This document shows, piece after piece, positions 15,197 through 29,699 of a DNA stretch of 64,000 nucleotides (position 1 is its first letter; each line of letters begins with the position of its first letter). The notes beneath the pieces were generated by a model. It was not told where the DNA came from, ran no database searches, and worked only from the letters and a program-made list of their open reading frames with translations. Source of the DNA: Octopus sinensis. Lineage: Eukaryota. Where the stretch lies: the NCBI RefSeq assembly GCF_006345805.1, contig NC_043000.1, positions 37,572,001 to 37,636,000 on the forward strand. The letters are read 5' to 3'. The position numbers were made by a program, and so were the translations under genes.

Positions 15197-15825
15197 TTGT
15201 AGCATGTATATATTTTTGTGTGTATATGCATTTGTCTTTGTGTGTATATGTATTTGTGGATATGTGTCGATTTAACAACAAAATTCGAAAATTTTTGTCT
15301 CTTCTTTTTGTATGAGAGGAAATACCTGCAGGAATCTGTAAATAGTTGTTATTTATTGAGCTATCGACACATTTGCAAACTTGAGTTGCATCTGACACGA
15401 GTTTCACACATTCACATTGTATTTCAATAACTTATAAGTATCTAAGAACAAAACGTATTCAAAAAAATTATTGGATAATGCATGAAAATGATAGGATCAA
15501 TTGTCTAAGACTGGGAACTCTTTTATAAAGAGACACAAATTGAAAGAAAAATGGTATCAGAGAAGAATTATGAGTTAGGTTTTGAAAATTGAATGTTATA
15601 GTATATTCCTCATACAATTTTTCTTTAAATTTGGCAGTGAAAAGGACACATAAATACAAACACTTGCAATTATTCACACAAACACATGTTTATATGCACA
15701 CATTTGCATGGAGTCTTTGATATGTGTGTGCATAAATACACATATGTATTCATATACAAATTCTTGCGTATAAAATAGATGAATACACACATACACTCAT
15801 CTACAGTTATGCATATGTGTATGTA

Positions 15826-15865
<40 letters not shown>

Positions 15866-16000
15866 TTCTGTATATATATATATATATATGCACGTACATA
15901 TCTATGTATTTATATATGTGCACATATATATGAATATATATGTGTGTGTATATATATATGTGTGTGTATATATAATATATATATATATATATATTATATA

Positions 16001-16106
<106 letters not shown>

Positions 16107-16815
16107 AATATATATACACACACATACATATCAATGTGTGTGTTGTATGTATATGTGCACACATAGAAATAATATTTATAAATGTGTTAGTAATGTACAG
16201 ATGCAAATTGAGGCATAAGACAAAAGTGGTGTCTAAATAATTTATTTTTATCTTTTGGACAGAGAGAGTGGGTTCAATATTGATCTATAGTAGAGGATTT
16301 ATTTTCCTGTGCTCCTATGTATTGACTCATTAGCTGAGTGCTAAAAATATTTAAGACTTCTAACAAACTCACTGACTCAATAATATTAAAAAATTTATTT
16401 GTTCAAATTTAATTTTTCCTAACTGAGTAAGTAGATTATATGTAATTTTATCATTGTTAAAAGATATGTTGTTGCCATTTTTTCTAGTTTATAAAACCTG
16501 TATATAGTGAAATAAAATCTCTAAACTGTTGCTCGGAGGTGCTGAGTAATTTGAATGCAAAATTCATAAGATGGCTTCTTCAATAACATCAGCATTTAAT
16601 CAAAAGATGCTTTGTTTCTGTTGGAACTAGTGTATCTATAAATTTTGATGGAAACATGAATTATCACAGCCACATGTATAGCCTTATGGGCAGTTTCTTA
16701 GAAGGTATTACCGGAGGTGCCAAGAAGTGTTGTAGATATATTATTTAGTAATATATTTGACATTAGTCTCGCTCTCTCTCCCTCTTTCTCTGTATATATA
16801 AATTAATATATGCAG

Positions 16816-17046
16816 ATAAATTTCCAACTATTCATCTGGCTATTAAATCCCGAAGGAGAGGTAACAGATATGGCCTGTTGTATCAGGAACTCAGACATAT
16901 ACTAACTTGCCTTATAATTTTTCAGAAAAAGTCATCGGAAAGTCATCACTCTTAAGACAAACATATGACAGGTCTTTACACAATGATATGTCTACTACGC
17001 TCTATAGGAAATTTCTGGAGTTTCCCAAATTATCTTCATTGAGAAG
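16816..17046 (+). CDS. Two possible exons (16816-16860, 16926-17046) around a 65-nt intron: KFPTIHLAIKSRRR-E-KVIGKSSLLRQTYDRSLHNDMSTTLYRKFLEFPKLSSLRR
   Basis: Intron 16861-16925 is GTAACA...TACTAAC...ataatttttCAG, with a canonical branch site. The frame is continuous after splicing. No homology recognised. Confidence 0.3.
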
Positions 17047-17624
17047 GTAACTCATTTATTTTCACTTAGAAAACAGCTTGCTTCAGCAGGTAATAGGTAC
17101 CTTCGTTTCCTTGCATGAAGATTAATAAAATGATCATTTCTTTTTTATATTTCATTTCTAAATAGCTATAAATCTTTTTTATAATTCTCACTCTCCTGTC
17201 CATTTTATGAAAATGGCATACATTTTGAGTAGATTGAAAATTAAGTGTTATCAATCATAAATGTATAAAAAAAAAATATGTAAAATATATTTCAGACCAA
17301 AGTCTTTGGCTTAACTGCTTCTAAAATTACTTGGTAACATTGAAGAATGAGCACACAGTATTTTATATTATTGAACATATTGTTTTAGATTCTATTTTAA
17401 ATATTACATAAAGCAAGTATGTTACATAAATAACTTAGATATTTACTCATAAGAATCATATTCTGGAATCATCATATGAAAGTTGTAACATAAATTTCTT
17501 TGTTGACAGACAAAATGCACATTATTAATGATATGTATGCTAAATGAGATGCATACATGCATTGCATATGCACATACATTCATATATACATGCAAATAAA
17601 TATGTCTATATCTATCCATATACA

Positions 17625-17712
<88 letters not shown>

Positions 17713-17713
17713 A

Positions 17714-17746
<33 letters not shown>

Positions 17747-18940
17747 ATATAGATATATATACATTCGTACTCATGCAACCTCACATATAATATAAGTACA
17801 AAAGATAAATACATGATGTGACATGCAATGTGAATGGGATTTTTGCTATTAATTTTTTTTTTCATTCAAAGTTTCCCTTTATATTTGAAAACTTTAATGA
17901 GATTTTTGTGAAACATATCAAATATAAATAATAATTTTAACCTTTCAACATTACATGTGCTGTATGCTTAAATATACATATACACTCATACATATATGCA
18001 TACATATATATATATATATAAATATGTGTGTATATCTGAATGTATGAGATTAACATAATTTTTTATATATTATTAGACTTGATTTCTTACTGATTAAGTG
18101 AATGAGAAGCAAACATTTAGAACAATAAATGAACAGTTTTAAATGTTGTTGTTCTTGTAAAAGTTCTATTTCTCAGGAAAGTCTAAGCATTAAATATTGC
18201 AATGCTGATTAGTAACAGAAAGACGAAAAAGAAAAAAGCAAAACAAAAAAAAAGGACTATTTCAAACAACCTTATAAGTCATGATGTATTTCAACAAAGT
18301 TTAGTTGTTATCTTCATTACACACACACACACACATACACGCACACACATACACGCGCGAACACACACACACACACACATTCATGAATACACACACACAT
18401 ATGCACATACATGCACACAGGTATGTAACCAAACAATTTGACTTGCTCATCAAGGCAGGTACCTCCTTAAGAAAACAACATAATTCTATTTAGCCATAAC
18501 TTCTCTCTTAATATTCTAATATAAGTTTACTGACTATTAGACAAAACACTAATTTTATTTGAAATTCTTGAAACTAATATCAAATAAAATTCTTTTCCCA
18601 AGACATGAAAAAATATATTTAAAAACAGACAGTCACAGACAACAACAAAAAACCCCCAATAAAATGAAAAGAACTAGAGAAGCTCAAAATGTCATCTCCA
18701 TGTCAACAAATAAAAGAAGTTGAAAATGACATGTGGTTAAAGGTATGGTGCGCATTTTAATTGTTGATTGATTGATAAATTCATTAACTAATTAACTATT
18801 TTTTATTATTTATTCATTAACCCTTTTTTATAATTTATGTTGGAAACTTTTCAGTCCCAATTTCTTCCAATGTTTGGTAAGTTCTTGATCTCAATGCTAT
18901 TTCTTTTTGATTTAAGAAAAAAAAAATTCGTAAATATGTA

Positions 18941-18981
<41 letters not shown>

Positions 18982-19042
18982 TATATATATGTATATGTAT
19001 ATGTATGTATATGTGTATACGTGTATGTATGTAATATATATG

Positions 19043-19074
<32 letters not shown>

Positions 19075-20196
19075 GATATTAAAATAAAGAAAAACAAAGA
19101 AAAGATATGTCAAAAATACAATGAAAATCCCTGCTAAAACATATTTGTTATGTTTGGGATATTAAACATAAAATACTGTAAAATGCCATCATTTTTTTTA
19201 TTATTATTATTTTTTCCTTTAGCCCTATGTGGCTCGACTTTCCCATTAATTTTTTTTTTTTAGAAAATAACAGCTATTTAAACACCAAGAGTGGCCACTG
19301 ATTAATGCTGGTGATATAATTACAACAAATATAAAAAAAAAATGAAAAGGAACGAAAAATATAATAAATACAAAGATAAATAATTATGCTAATAATAATA
19401 ATAATAATGGTAATAATAATGATAGTAACATTTTCAGCTGAGAATTTCCAAAATCAATTGAAAAAAAAATCAAATCAAAAGAGAAACAATATCTTCAGTG
19501 AGCATTCTTGATGGTTGTACAAGAAAAGACCATCAGAAAGTTAGTATAAGAAAACCTATGGTTTTTTTCTCCACAGTTGTTAAAATCTATGGTTTACGGA
19601 AATGTCTCTAGAAGTCCACTTTTTTCTGTAATTTTCAGATATTTTCTCTTTTTCCCATTCAATTTATTCCAATGTTAGCACTGTAAAGTTGGCACCTTAT
19701 AATCATTGTCAATAAAACACACATGATATCAAAACAACCGTTGTCTTCAGAAATGTTCTTATTCATTCAATGAATCAATCATTTTTTGTTTTCTTTTGCA
19801 ACTTTTATCTTTCACTTGTTTTACTCATTAGACCGTGGCCATATTGGGGCACCACATCCAAAGTTTTACTTGAACACATTCATACCAGTACTTATTTCTT
19901 GAGTCTGGGACTTACACTGTCATTCCTTTTTGCTGAACCACAATGTTTTTGGGGATGAAGACAAACCAACACCAGCTGTCAAGCAGCAGCCACAAAGATA
20001 TATCATCTCTCTTTCTCTCTCTATCACACACACACATGAACACAAATACACTCACAAACACACACTTGCATACACATGCACATCAACACATTCATACACA
20101 TAAGCATTTATCATACGTACTCTTTCTCACAGATGCACACACACATATACTTACACACACATTGACAGAACTTATCTCAAAGCTCATTATATATAT

Positions 20197-20266
<70 letters not shown>

Positions 20267-20308
20267 TATATATATATATTATATATATATATATATATAT
20301 TATATATA

Positions 20309-20900
20309 GGCGTGGCTGTGTGGTATAGAGTTTGCTTCCCAACCACATGGTTTCGGTTTCATTACCATTGCATGGCAAGTGTCTTCTACTATAGCTTTGG
20401 GCTGACCAAAGTTTTGTGAGTGGATTTGGTAGATGGAAACTGAAAGAAGCCTGTCATCATTGTTTAGCGTCGGCTTTCCATGGTGGCATAGGTTGGACGG
20501 TTCAACTGGGGTCTGGGAAGCCAGAAGGCTGCACCAGGCCCAGTCTGATCTGGCAATGTTTCTACGGCTGGATGCCCTTCCTAACGCCAACCACTCCATG
20601 AGTGTAGTGGGTGCTTTTTCCGTGCCACTGGCACAGGTGCCAGGCGAGGCTGGCAACGGCCATGATCAGATGGTGCTTTTTATGTGCCACCGGCACGGAG
20701 GCCAGATGATATATATATATATATATATTTGTATGTATGTGTGTCTGTGTTTGTCCCCATAACTTAGTGGTTTGGCACGAGAGTTGATAGTATAAGTACT
20801 TAGGTTTACAAAGAATAAGTCCTGGGGTTGATTTGTTAGACTAAAGACGATAATCCAGCATGGCCGGAGTCAGATGACTGAAACAAGTAAAAGAATAAAA
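20309..20900 (+). mobile_element. tRNA-headed CORE-type SINE with a second repeat (20453-20705) nested in its linker
   Basis: A/B-box-like head ggcgtggctgtgtggt...ggttc, CORE-like ggcaagtgtcttctactatagc, and tail ccagcatggcc...gactgaaacaag. Other copies at 28330-28950 and 38770-39172. Confidence 0.8.
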
Positions 20901-21745
20901 GGATATATATATATATATATATAATGAGTTTTCAGATAGGTTCTGTCCACCAAATTCACTCACAAGTATTGGTTAGCCCAGGGCTACAGATGAAGATACT
21001 TACCTAAGGTATAACACTGTGGAACTGACCCCAAGGCCACATGACTGTAAAGAGACCTTCTTAATTACAAAACCTTTCCTACTCTCGTTTATTACCTCCT
21101 CCTTAGCGAAGATGCAGGTATTGTTTTCAGTTGTGTTTGTTTGCTTGTTTGTTTGTCTATGGACAAGATAACTCAAGAACTGCGGAATGGATTCAGATGA
21201 AGCTTGCACCAAAGGATTACATCTGAAAATCTACTGATTAATGAGGGATTATGGTGGCAGAAGACGGTGGGCGATTCACTTGAGCACAATTTACAAACTC
21301 TGAGATTAGTATTGTATGGGGGAGCCTTGCTGATAATGGATCAGGGATAAGGCATAGGGAATATTTTGGGACCTGAGGTTGTGTATATAAGTTGCTAGAG
21401 AGGTAGATAGTTTAGAGGATTAAATGGAGAAAGAATTCACTCATGTACACAGACACACACACACACATACTCACGCACACACCCACACACGCACACACCC
21501 ACACACCCACACACACTGAGTCGGGCCTGAACTACCATAGCGCTCTCCACTTAGTTTTCTGCATTTTTTGTATTTCATGTAAATTTGTTTTGTAAATATA
21601 TGAATATCTATACTTCAATATATAAATATCTGCCACCACAATCCCTCATTACTCAGTAGATTTTCAGATGTAATTCTTTCGTGCAAGCTCAAATATTACT
21701 CACGAGTGTTCATCTGAATATTTTCTGTGTTTGTATCTCTCTATA

Positions 21746-21980
21746 CAGGGTGACCAAAAAGTAGGTTCCCAGTTATCACGTAGGCACTTTAAATTTCTAT
21801 TAAAACATTTTATTACATTTAAATTTCTGTCATACAAAGTGAAAAGGGAGTTTGACAGAATTAACTAAATTAGCATAGAATAATGATTTCATATTTCTTT
21901 ATAATGAAAATCTAAACTGATAATATACGAATGCTAAAGAGATAATTGAATATCTGTAAACCTACTTTTGGGCCATCCTG
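21746..21980. mobile_element. Tc1/mariner-type MITE, 235 bp
   Basis: TIRs CAGGGTGACCAAAAAGTAGGTT and reverse-complement CAGGATGGCCCAAAAGTAGGTT, with TA on both sides. Confidence 0.85.
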
Positions 21981-22159
21981 TAAAAATCCATACATGTATT
22001 GACATGTGTACAGGTATGTATATTTGCATCACTGTCTCCATATCAGCTCACCTGGATTCCTCTACCCCCGAAGATTTAGTCCTCGATAAAGAGTTTGGAG
22101 TGCAAGTTCAAATCATTTGAGTACTACTACGTGTTTTTCTATTTTGAACAACTCTGCAT

Positions 22160-22329
22160 TTCTCCTGTTCACTATGTATGTTTGTACACATGTTTGTATG
22201 CATGCATGCATGCATGCATGTATGTATGGTATGTATGTATGTATGTATGTATGTATGTATGTATGTATGTATGTATGAATGTATGTATGTATGTATGTAT
22301 GTGTGTGTGTGTATGTATGTACGCATGTA

Positions 22330-22365
<36 letters not shown>

Positions 22366-22585
22366 TGTGTGTGTGTATGTATGTATGTATGTATGTATGT
22401 ATGTATGTGTGTATGTATGTATATATGTATGTATGTATGTATGTATGTTTGTATGTATGTATGAATGTATGTATGTATGTATGTGTGTGTGTATGTATGT
22501 ATGTATGTATGTACGCATGTATGTATGTATGTATGTATGTATGTATGTATGTATTATGCTTGTATGTATGTATGTATGTATTTGT
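22160..22585. repeat. (ATGT)n compound microsatellite
   Basis: Seen directly; source of the MYVC/HTYI pseudo-ORFs. Confidence 0.95.
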
Positions 22586-22915
22586 CTCTTCTACTTTTTT
22601 TATTATAAATCTTCCACTGAGGAGGGAGCCGGTTTCCAACAAAAGACAAGGCTCAATCTTTGGGATGTAGTTAAGAGAGACAAATTTACATTTGGAACTT
22701 GAGAAAAGTCTTGCATATTTTTAGTGTTCCACTCACAGACTGCACTTGTAATGTACGAGTCAGCCGGTCGATTTCTCTTTCTGAAAATACCAGTTTATCC
22801 AGATTCTCCTTTAAGTATTTACTAACAAAGCCTTGTGCTCCAATTATCATTGGTATGAATATGAATTCGTGTATAAGCATGAAAATATGTATGTATGTAT
22901 GTATATGTGTATGTA

Positions 22916-22995
<80 letters not shown>

Positions 22996-23759
22996 CGTGT
23001 GTGTGTTTGTGTGCGTGAGAGAGAGAGATCTTTCAACAATTGACAAGTCTGTTATATGGAAGGTTGTTGGACGAGAACGCTATAGAATCATGAAAAAGAG
23101 CGAGATTTAGATGTAAATAAATAAATATACGTTTCAAGGGAAACAACTCTAGGATTTTTATCCCCCTTGTTTTAAATTAAAAAGTTATAAAATATGGATT
23201 GTACGTGCATGCTCATACACACACACACACACGCACACATACACACACACACTCGCATACACGCACGCACACACACACAGAGGCTCACATAATCATACTT
23301 GCACTATGCATTTTTAGGTTGTAGTGGGTATAAAGTAGCTGGGAGGTCGTGCTTGAAATTTTGGAGTGTTAAATGTTGCTTATAAATATGTAGTTTCATT
23401 CCTAATATCTAAAGGATTCGCTTTTGATGTAATAATGTTTACTTCTTTAGTGATGCAAAGCTCGCATTTTCTGCCCCATTCCTTGAACAAGGTTTTCATC
23501 ACTAAGCATCAATCCTTGAACAAGGTTTTCATCACTAAGCATCAATGTATTATATGAATTTTCTGTATAGAAGCTACATGCCCCCTCCCTCATAAAATGA
23601 ATCGTACTCCATAATTATGAGTACACATCCAAAGAGGAGCGAAATGCAGAATGTAGAATGTGTGTGAGTGTGTGTATATAAATGTGTATTTTGTATATTT
23701 ATACGGCTAAATATATGTGTATATATTTATGCGCGTGTGTGTGTGTGTGTGTGTTTTAT

Positions 23760-23950
23760 TCTTTTCTTTCAGTCATTCTTTGTAAGCCTAGTACTTATTC
23801 TATTGGTCTCTTTGCTGAACCACTAAGCTAAGAGAACATAAACACACCAACATCGGTTATCAATCGATGATGGGGGACAAACACTGACATACAAATACAT
23901 ACATACATGCATACATACATATATACATACATACATACATACATTTGGGC
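23760..23950 (-). mobile_element. 3' part of the CORE-type SINE
   Basis: Matches the tail of the 38770 copy (gtacttattctattggtc...ctaag...aacacacc). Confidence 0.7.
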
Positions 23951-24059
23951 TACTCTAGACTGGACACTTGAGATCCAAACCATTGCTGTGAAAACCCTGA
24001 AAATACTTACAAGCACACATAATCTCCACATAAACAGTGACATAGACCGCCATTACCTA

Positions 24060-24730
24060 AAATGAAAACAAGGTGACAGAGGCTTAACATCAATCCAAAA
24101 TGCCTTTGAGTGTCATATCACATCTCTTTGTCAACATCTCTTAACCAAGTGTGGAAGTGCATTCCTTGACGAAGTTTGCATACATGAAGCTGATAACATC
24201 ATAAGACTTGGAAGGCAGGTCCTAGTGCAACATTCCTTGTCTGATAACCTAGAATACATGCTCAAAGAATTGGCACGATTCTACCGCAACGTATCATCAG
24301 ATGAAAGGATGAGTCTCTATGAGCAGAAGATATGGATATGTTAGTAGAAAACTCTGAGATGATAGCAGCATTGATCATCATGGACTTGCTGAGACCCCCT
24401 TTGGTCATGACTGACCATAGGATTGCACCTAGAAGGTTACCCTCCCAGGCACAAGTCCGGTCAAGGTTGTTAATGGAAGACCAGCAGTCGCCCATGCATA
24501 CCAGCTTCCTCTCTCCACGCCACCAGTGTTATCCAAGGGATAAGGCAAAGGCCGATACAGCTTGGCACCTGTGACATCACAACTCATTTCTACAGCTGAG
24601 TGAAGTGGAGCAATGTGAAATAAAGTGTCTTGCTCAAGAACACAACATTCAGCCTGGCCCGAGATTCGAACTCACAACCTCACAATCCTAAGCTCGTTGT
24701 TCTAACCACTGAGCCATGCGCCTTCACATC
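24060..24730 (-). mobile_element. Long tRNA-headed SINE
   Basis: Minus-strand head gtgaaggcgcatggctcagtggttagaac...gagttcgaatctcgg, with A and B boxes at ~24660-24730. Confidence 0.6.
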
Positions 24731-24749
24731 ATGGACCAATAACCGGATT

Positions 24750-25400
24750 ACTATCTCCCACTTTGAAGGGTATGCATTTGCAATTCAGGAACAGGAAATA
24801 TTATCAACTTGATACACAAAAGGGACAGTGATGCAGGAAAAGCAGTAAGATGTGACAACTGATGCAGATTTTGTGATGACATCATAAGCACTTGTCCGAA
24901 AATGTCATCAGGGTATATTCTACTGATGAGACATGCTGTAGCTAGGATACATTATAATGAAATCCGTCAGAAGTATAACACCGAGGAGAAAGAAATAAGA
25001 GCCTACAATATGGTAGAATCCATAGCCACTCATAATGAAAAGGAGTACAGGTGGAATGTCTTAGTGAAGACCTCAATAAAATGTAAGCACAACAGACCTG
25101 ATATAATGATTTGGAATAGAGAAGAGAAATTCTGCACAGTAGTGGAAATTAGCTGTCAAGCGGATGTTAACATAAAGCTGAAGATCAGTGAAAACGAGAA
25201 CACCTAGGCTGAACTATTGAGAAACCTGCAGTTATTCTATCCAGATTACAAGCTCAGGTTAATACCTGTAATTATTGGGGCCCTGGGATATGTAATACAC
25301 CACCTTAATACCAATCTTGAGAAATTAGGCTTCTCAAAGAGATCCAATCCATCACTGGAAGTAAAAATCTGTAAAACTTTCCAGAAGTTTATCATTTAAA
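24750..25400 (+). pseudogene. R4/Dong-like LINE C-terminal fragment (restriction-like endonuclease region)
   Basis: FEGYAFAIQEQEI...NRPDIMIWNREEKFCTVVEIS...LRLIPVIIGALG, with stops and frameshifts. Confidence 0.8.
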
Positions 25401-25816
25401 TATATTCGAGCACATCAAGATATGCAATTATATGCAGGAAAATACATACATAAAACAAAGCATACAAATCTGCACATATACATACATACAAACAAAAATA
25501 CCCTGTCCTCGATGTTGAAATTCCAGTGAAGGAGCCTTGGACCTAGGTTAGAAACCGGCTCTTTCTCTATTGACAAGAAATCTTGAATAAGGACATGCAT
25601 ACATATACATACATACATACATACATACATACATACATACATACATACATACACACATACATGCATACATACATACATACATACATACATACATACATAC
25701 ACACATACATGCATACATACATACATACATACATACATACATACATAAATACATACATTCACACACACATACATATATACATGTATATACATGTGTATGT
25801 ATGTATGTGTATATAT

Positions 25817-25847
<31 letters not shown>

Positions 25848-25953
25848 ATGTATATATGTGTGTGCATGTACTCTCTCTCTTTCACACATACACAATGGAT
25901 AAGAAGTTTTTGTTTATATACATACATACATATATATATATATAATATATATA

Positions 25954-25998
<45 letters not shown>

Positions 25999-26180
25999 TA
26001 TTATTATATATATATATATATATATAATTTATAAACAAGGGCAAAAGAAAAGTTATTTCTATGCCAATATGTTGAGGACAGAGATTAGATTGTCAATTTC
26101 AACATTTCATTATACATTCACTATAAATACATGTCGTGCTGAAATCAAGTAGTAGATTTACATATATATACATATATATA

Positions 26181-27253
26181 CTAGCTTAAGGTGACCCGCT
26201 CTACGCGCAGGTGAGGGTGTGGTTGTTACTTTCTGTTGCTTCCTTTCTGTTTCTTATTGCTACATTCTCCCTCTTTGTTTCTCTCTCCATTCTCACTTTC
26301 CCACTCCCTTACTCTTCATTTCTCTCGGACTCTCCCTCGCTTTCTCTTAATCTTTATCTTTATCTATCTCTCTCCCATTTATAAAATACAAAAGACGAGA
26401 AAGAAAATATTTTGAAAGATCAATCATAAATATCAGGAATTATCAGGCAGTGACAACGGAAAGCACACTTACCTTTTGTACTTGCTACTATTTGAGCGAT
26501 TAAAAATAAGGAAAAAAGGGATTTCTTTGTTAAATTTAGTACTTATTTTGGGAATTTTTCGACGATTGGCCATCCAAATGAAAGCTCCAAACGCGGGCTT
26601 CATGCAGCTGTAAATTTCTTTCAGAGAAAATGAAAACTGTAAACAATAAAAAATAAAAGGCAAAAATACGTAAAAATGAGAAAAAATTTTCAACTTAAAA
26701 AATCTTGCCTTAATTTTCAAAATTTCGAACCTATTTTCTGCGCTTGAATTACAAATCCGCCTCCACCTTACTATGTTGAAAATTTGATTGAAATCGGGCA
26801 AAAAGTGTCCGATCTAGACCACCAAGTGTCCCAAAAAATCAATAAAATCCCCCATTTCAAGCAAAGCAATTCCTGTAGCGCCCTAAAAGTCTCCCATTCA
26901 ATTTCTCAGCTCAAGTTACCCCCTCCTGTAAATTTTAATCCCCTTCCAACCCCATTTAGACCTCTTTTTACATAAAAATCCAATTTGTATGAACGTTCGC
27001 CTTCTTCATTATAGATAGGGTTAGATGCCAATCGCGCCAATCTGGAGGGGCTTAAAGTCCCCTTGAATCTTCTCACCATAGCAACCGCATCTTTCTAGAT
27101 GGTGAGTTTTAACCTACTCAACTCTCTGCCTCATCACGCCTTCTATGCCTGTGTCAATTTTCAGCTCGATCTGACCACTGGTGTGGCCGCCAACCTCTGA
27201 CGTAGCAAAACGTGCACACAATTTTGACCCAGAGCTTATTTTATATATATAGA

Positions 27254-27254
<1 letters not shown>
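26181..27254 (+). mobile_element. Non-autonomous Helentron/HINE-like element
   Basis: 5' end ctagc...acccgctctacgcgcaggt forms a hairpin-like subterminal repeat; 3' end is ttattttatatatatagat. No ORF. Confidence 0.5.
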
Positions 27255-28050
<796 letters not shown>

Positions 28051-28329
28051 TATATATTACAACTGAAAGTCTCTTTACTCCAGTACCCATGTCGCTTTGG
28101 AGAAGAACTTTCTCCAGACACTTTTCCCTCGGCGGAAGGTCTCCTCATGTCCGTGTATACTCGAGCTTATCAAATATAACTTTGCACAAATATATTTTAT
28201 TCAACGCTGCTTCAGACGCAAACTGAAAAAAGTTGCAGCTGTTCAGTCTCCGATACATCTATCATTTCTCTCAAGAATGTTGAAATGAATTTGAAATGAA
28301 TTTGAAATTATTAATTTTCAATGAATGAC

Positions 28330-28581
28330 TTTTATTCTTTTGTTTCAGTCTTTTGACTGCGGCCATGCTGGAGCACCACCCGTAGAGGAACATCAGTACT
28401 TATTATTTTGTAAGCTTAGTTCTTATTCTATCGATCTCTTTTGCTGAACTGCTAAGGTACGGAGATGTAAACGCAGCAACATCGGTTTTCAAGCGATGGT
28501 GGTGGTGGGGGAACCACAGACTCACAAGTACATAATATACACACACATATACTTCTATCTATCTATCTATCTATCTATCTA

Positions 28582-28636
<55 letters not shown>

Positions 28637-28766
28637 ATATATATATATATATATTGACCTGCTCGCTTAGCCATCGGGGTGGCGCCATTTGAAGGCTGAA
28701 ACAATGCGAAGCGCATTGTGATCAGCGATGTGTAGAAACATTTGATAGCCTGGTCGGTCACGTGAT

Positions 28767-28797
<31 letters not shown>

Positions 28798-28950
28798 CAC
28801 GACGGGCTTCTTCCAGTTTCCGTCTACGAAATCCACTCACAAGGCTTTGGTCCACCTGAGGCTATAGTAGAAGACACTTGCCCAAGGTGCCACGCAGTGG
28901 AACTGAACCCTGAACCATGTGGTTGGGAAGCAAGCTACTTACCACTCATC
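28330..28950 (-). mobile_element. CORE-type SINE with another repeat (28655-28775) nested in its microsatellite linker
   Basis: Reverse complement of the 20309 family; CpGs largely retained. Confidence 0.8.
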
Positions 28951-28994
28951 TACACATATAAACAGTTTATAGCTCATGAATTAAAAAAAACACA

Positions 28995-29690
28995 ACTTAT
29001 ATGGACCCGTAAGGGTCATACGGACTTCGGTTAAGGACCACAGCTCTGGTACAAAGTTGAAATATAGCTTTAATGATCATTCCTTTTATAAACCCTTCAG
29101 AAGATCCATAACTGTGGAAACAATATCTGAATCATATAAAATTGAGCCAATGTTATCACGTGACCTGCTACCATTGCAGGCGAAGTTTTACTTTAAATCA
29201 ACGGTTCTTAAACTTAATTTGTTTCGGAAGTCTTGTATGGTTTTCCAAAATCATAGAGTACGTAATTTTAAAAAGAGATTAAAAGAAATAAAAATTACTT
29301 TCAAGTGAGAGTTTATTCGTAAAGCAAACGAACAAATTGACTGGGCAGCTGGTTGGTCGGCAGGCTAGCGGAATACCGGGCTCGTGGGCTGGGTGGTGGG
29401 TTGGCAAGCTGGCAGGCTGACGAGCAGGCGTGCTGGCTGACGGAATAACAGGCTGGCTGGTGAGTTAGCTGGTAGGTTGGCAGGCTGGCCGGCGGAAGGA
29501 TCGACTGGCTGCTGACTGGCTTGTGCTTCTGACATTACTTTAAAATTAGTGAATTTGATTTTTTAATAAATTAAATTTTTATTTACATTTTAAAAACCAC
29601 CTCATCTTACAGAACTATTTTTTTCAAGGAATCTTAGGGTTCTTCCGAATTCAGTTTAAGAAATACCACCATAGATCTCAGCCCACTACT
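28995..29690. mobile_element. Probable non-autonomous DNA element with a terminal hairpin and an internal degenerate (GGCT)n tract
   Basis: Hairpin tatggacccgtaagggtcata at ~29000; GC-rich (GGCT)-like tract at 29340-29520. Confidence 0.3.
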
Positions 29691-29699
29691 TTAAAATAA

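Noticed and set aside
16926-16960. P-loop in VIGKSSLL
   Set aside because: It lacks the first glycine of GxxxxGK[ST], and no downstream Walker B or G3 motif is present.
22610-25575. Shared gagccggtttc repeat at ~22615-22660 and ~25520-25570 as a hammerhead
   Set aside because: CUGANGA and GAAAC are not on the same strand in the right order, and there is no cleavage triplet.
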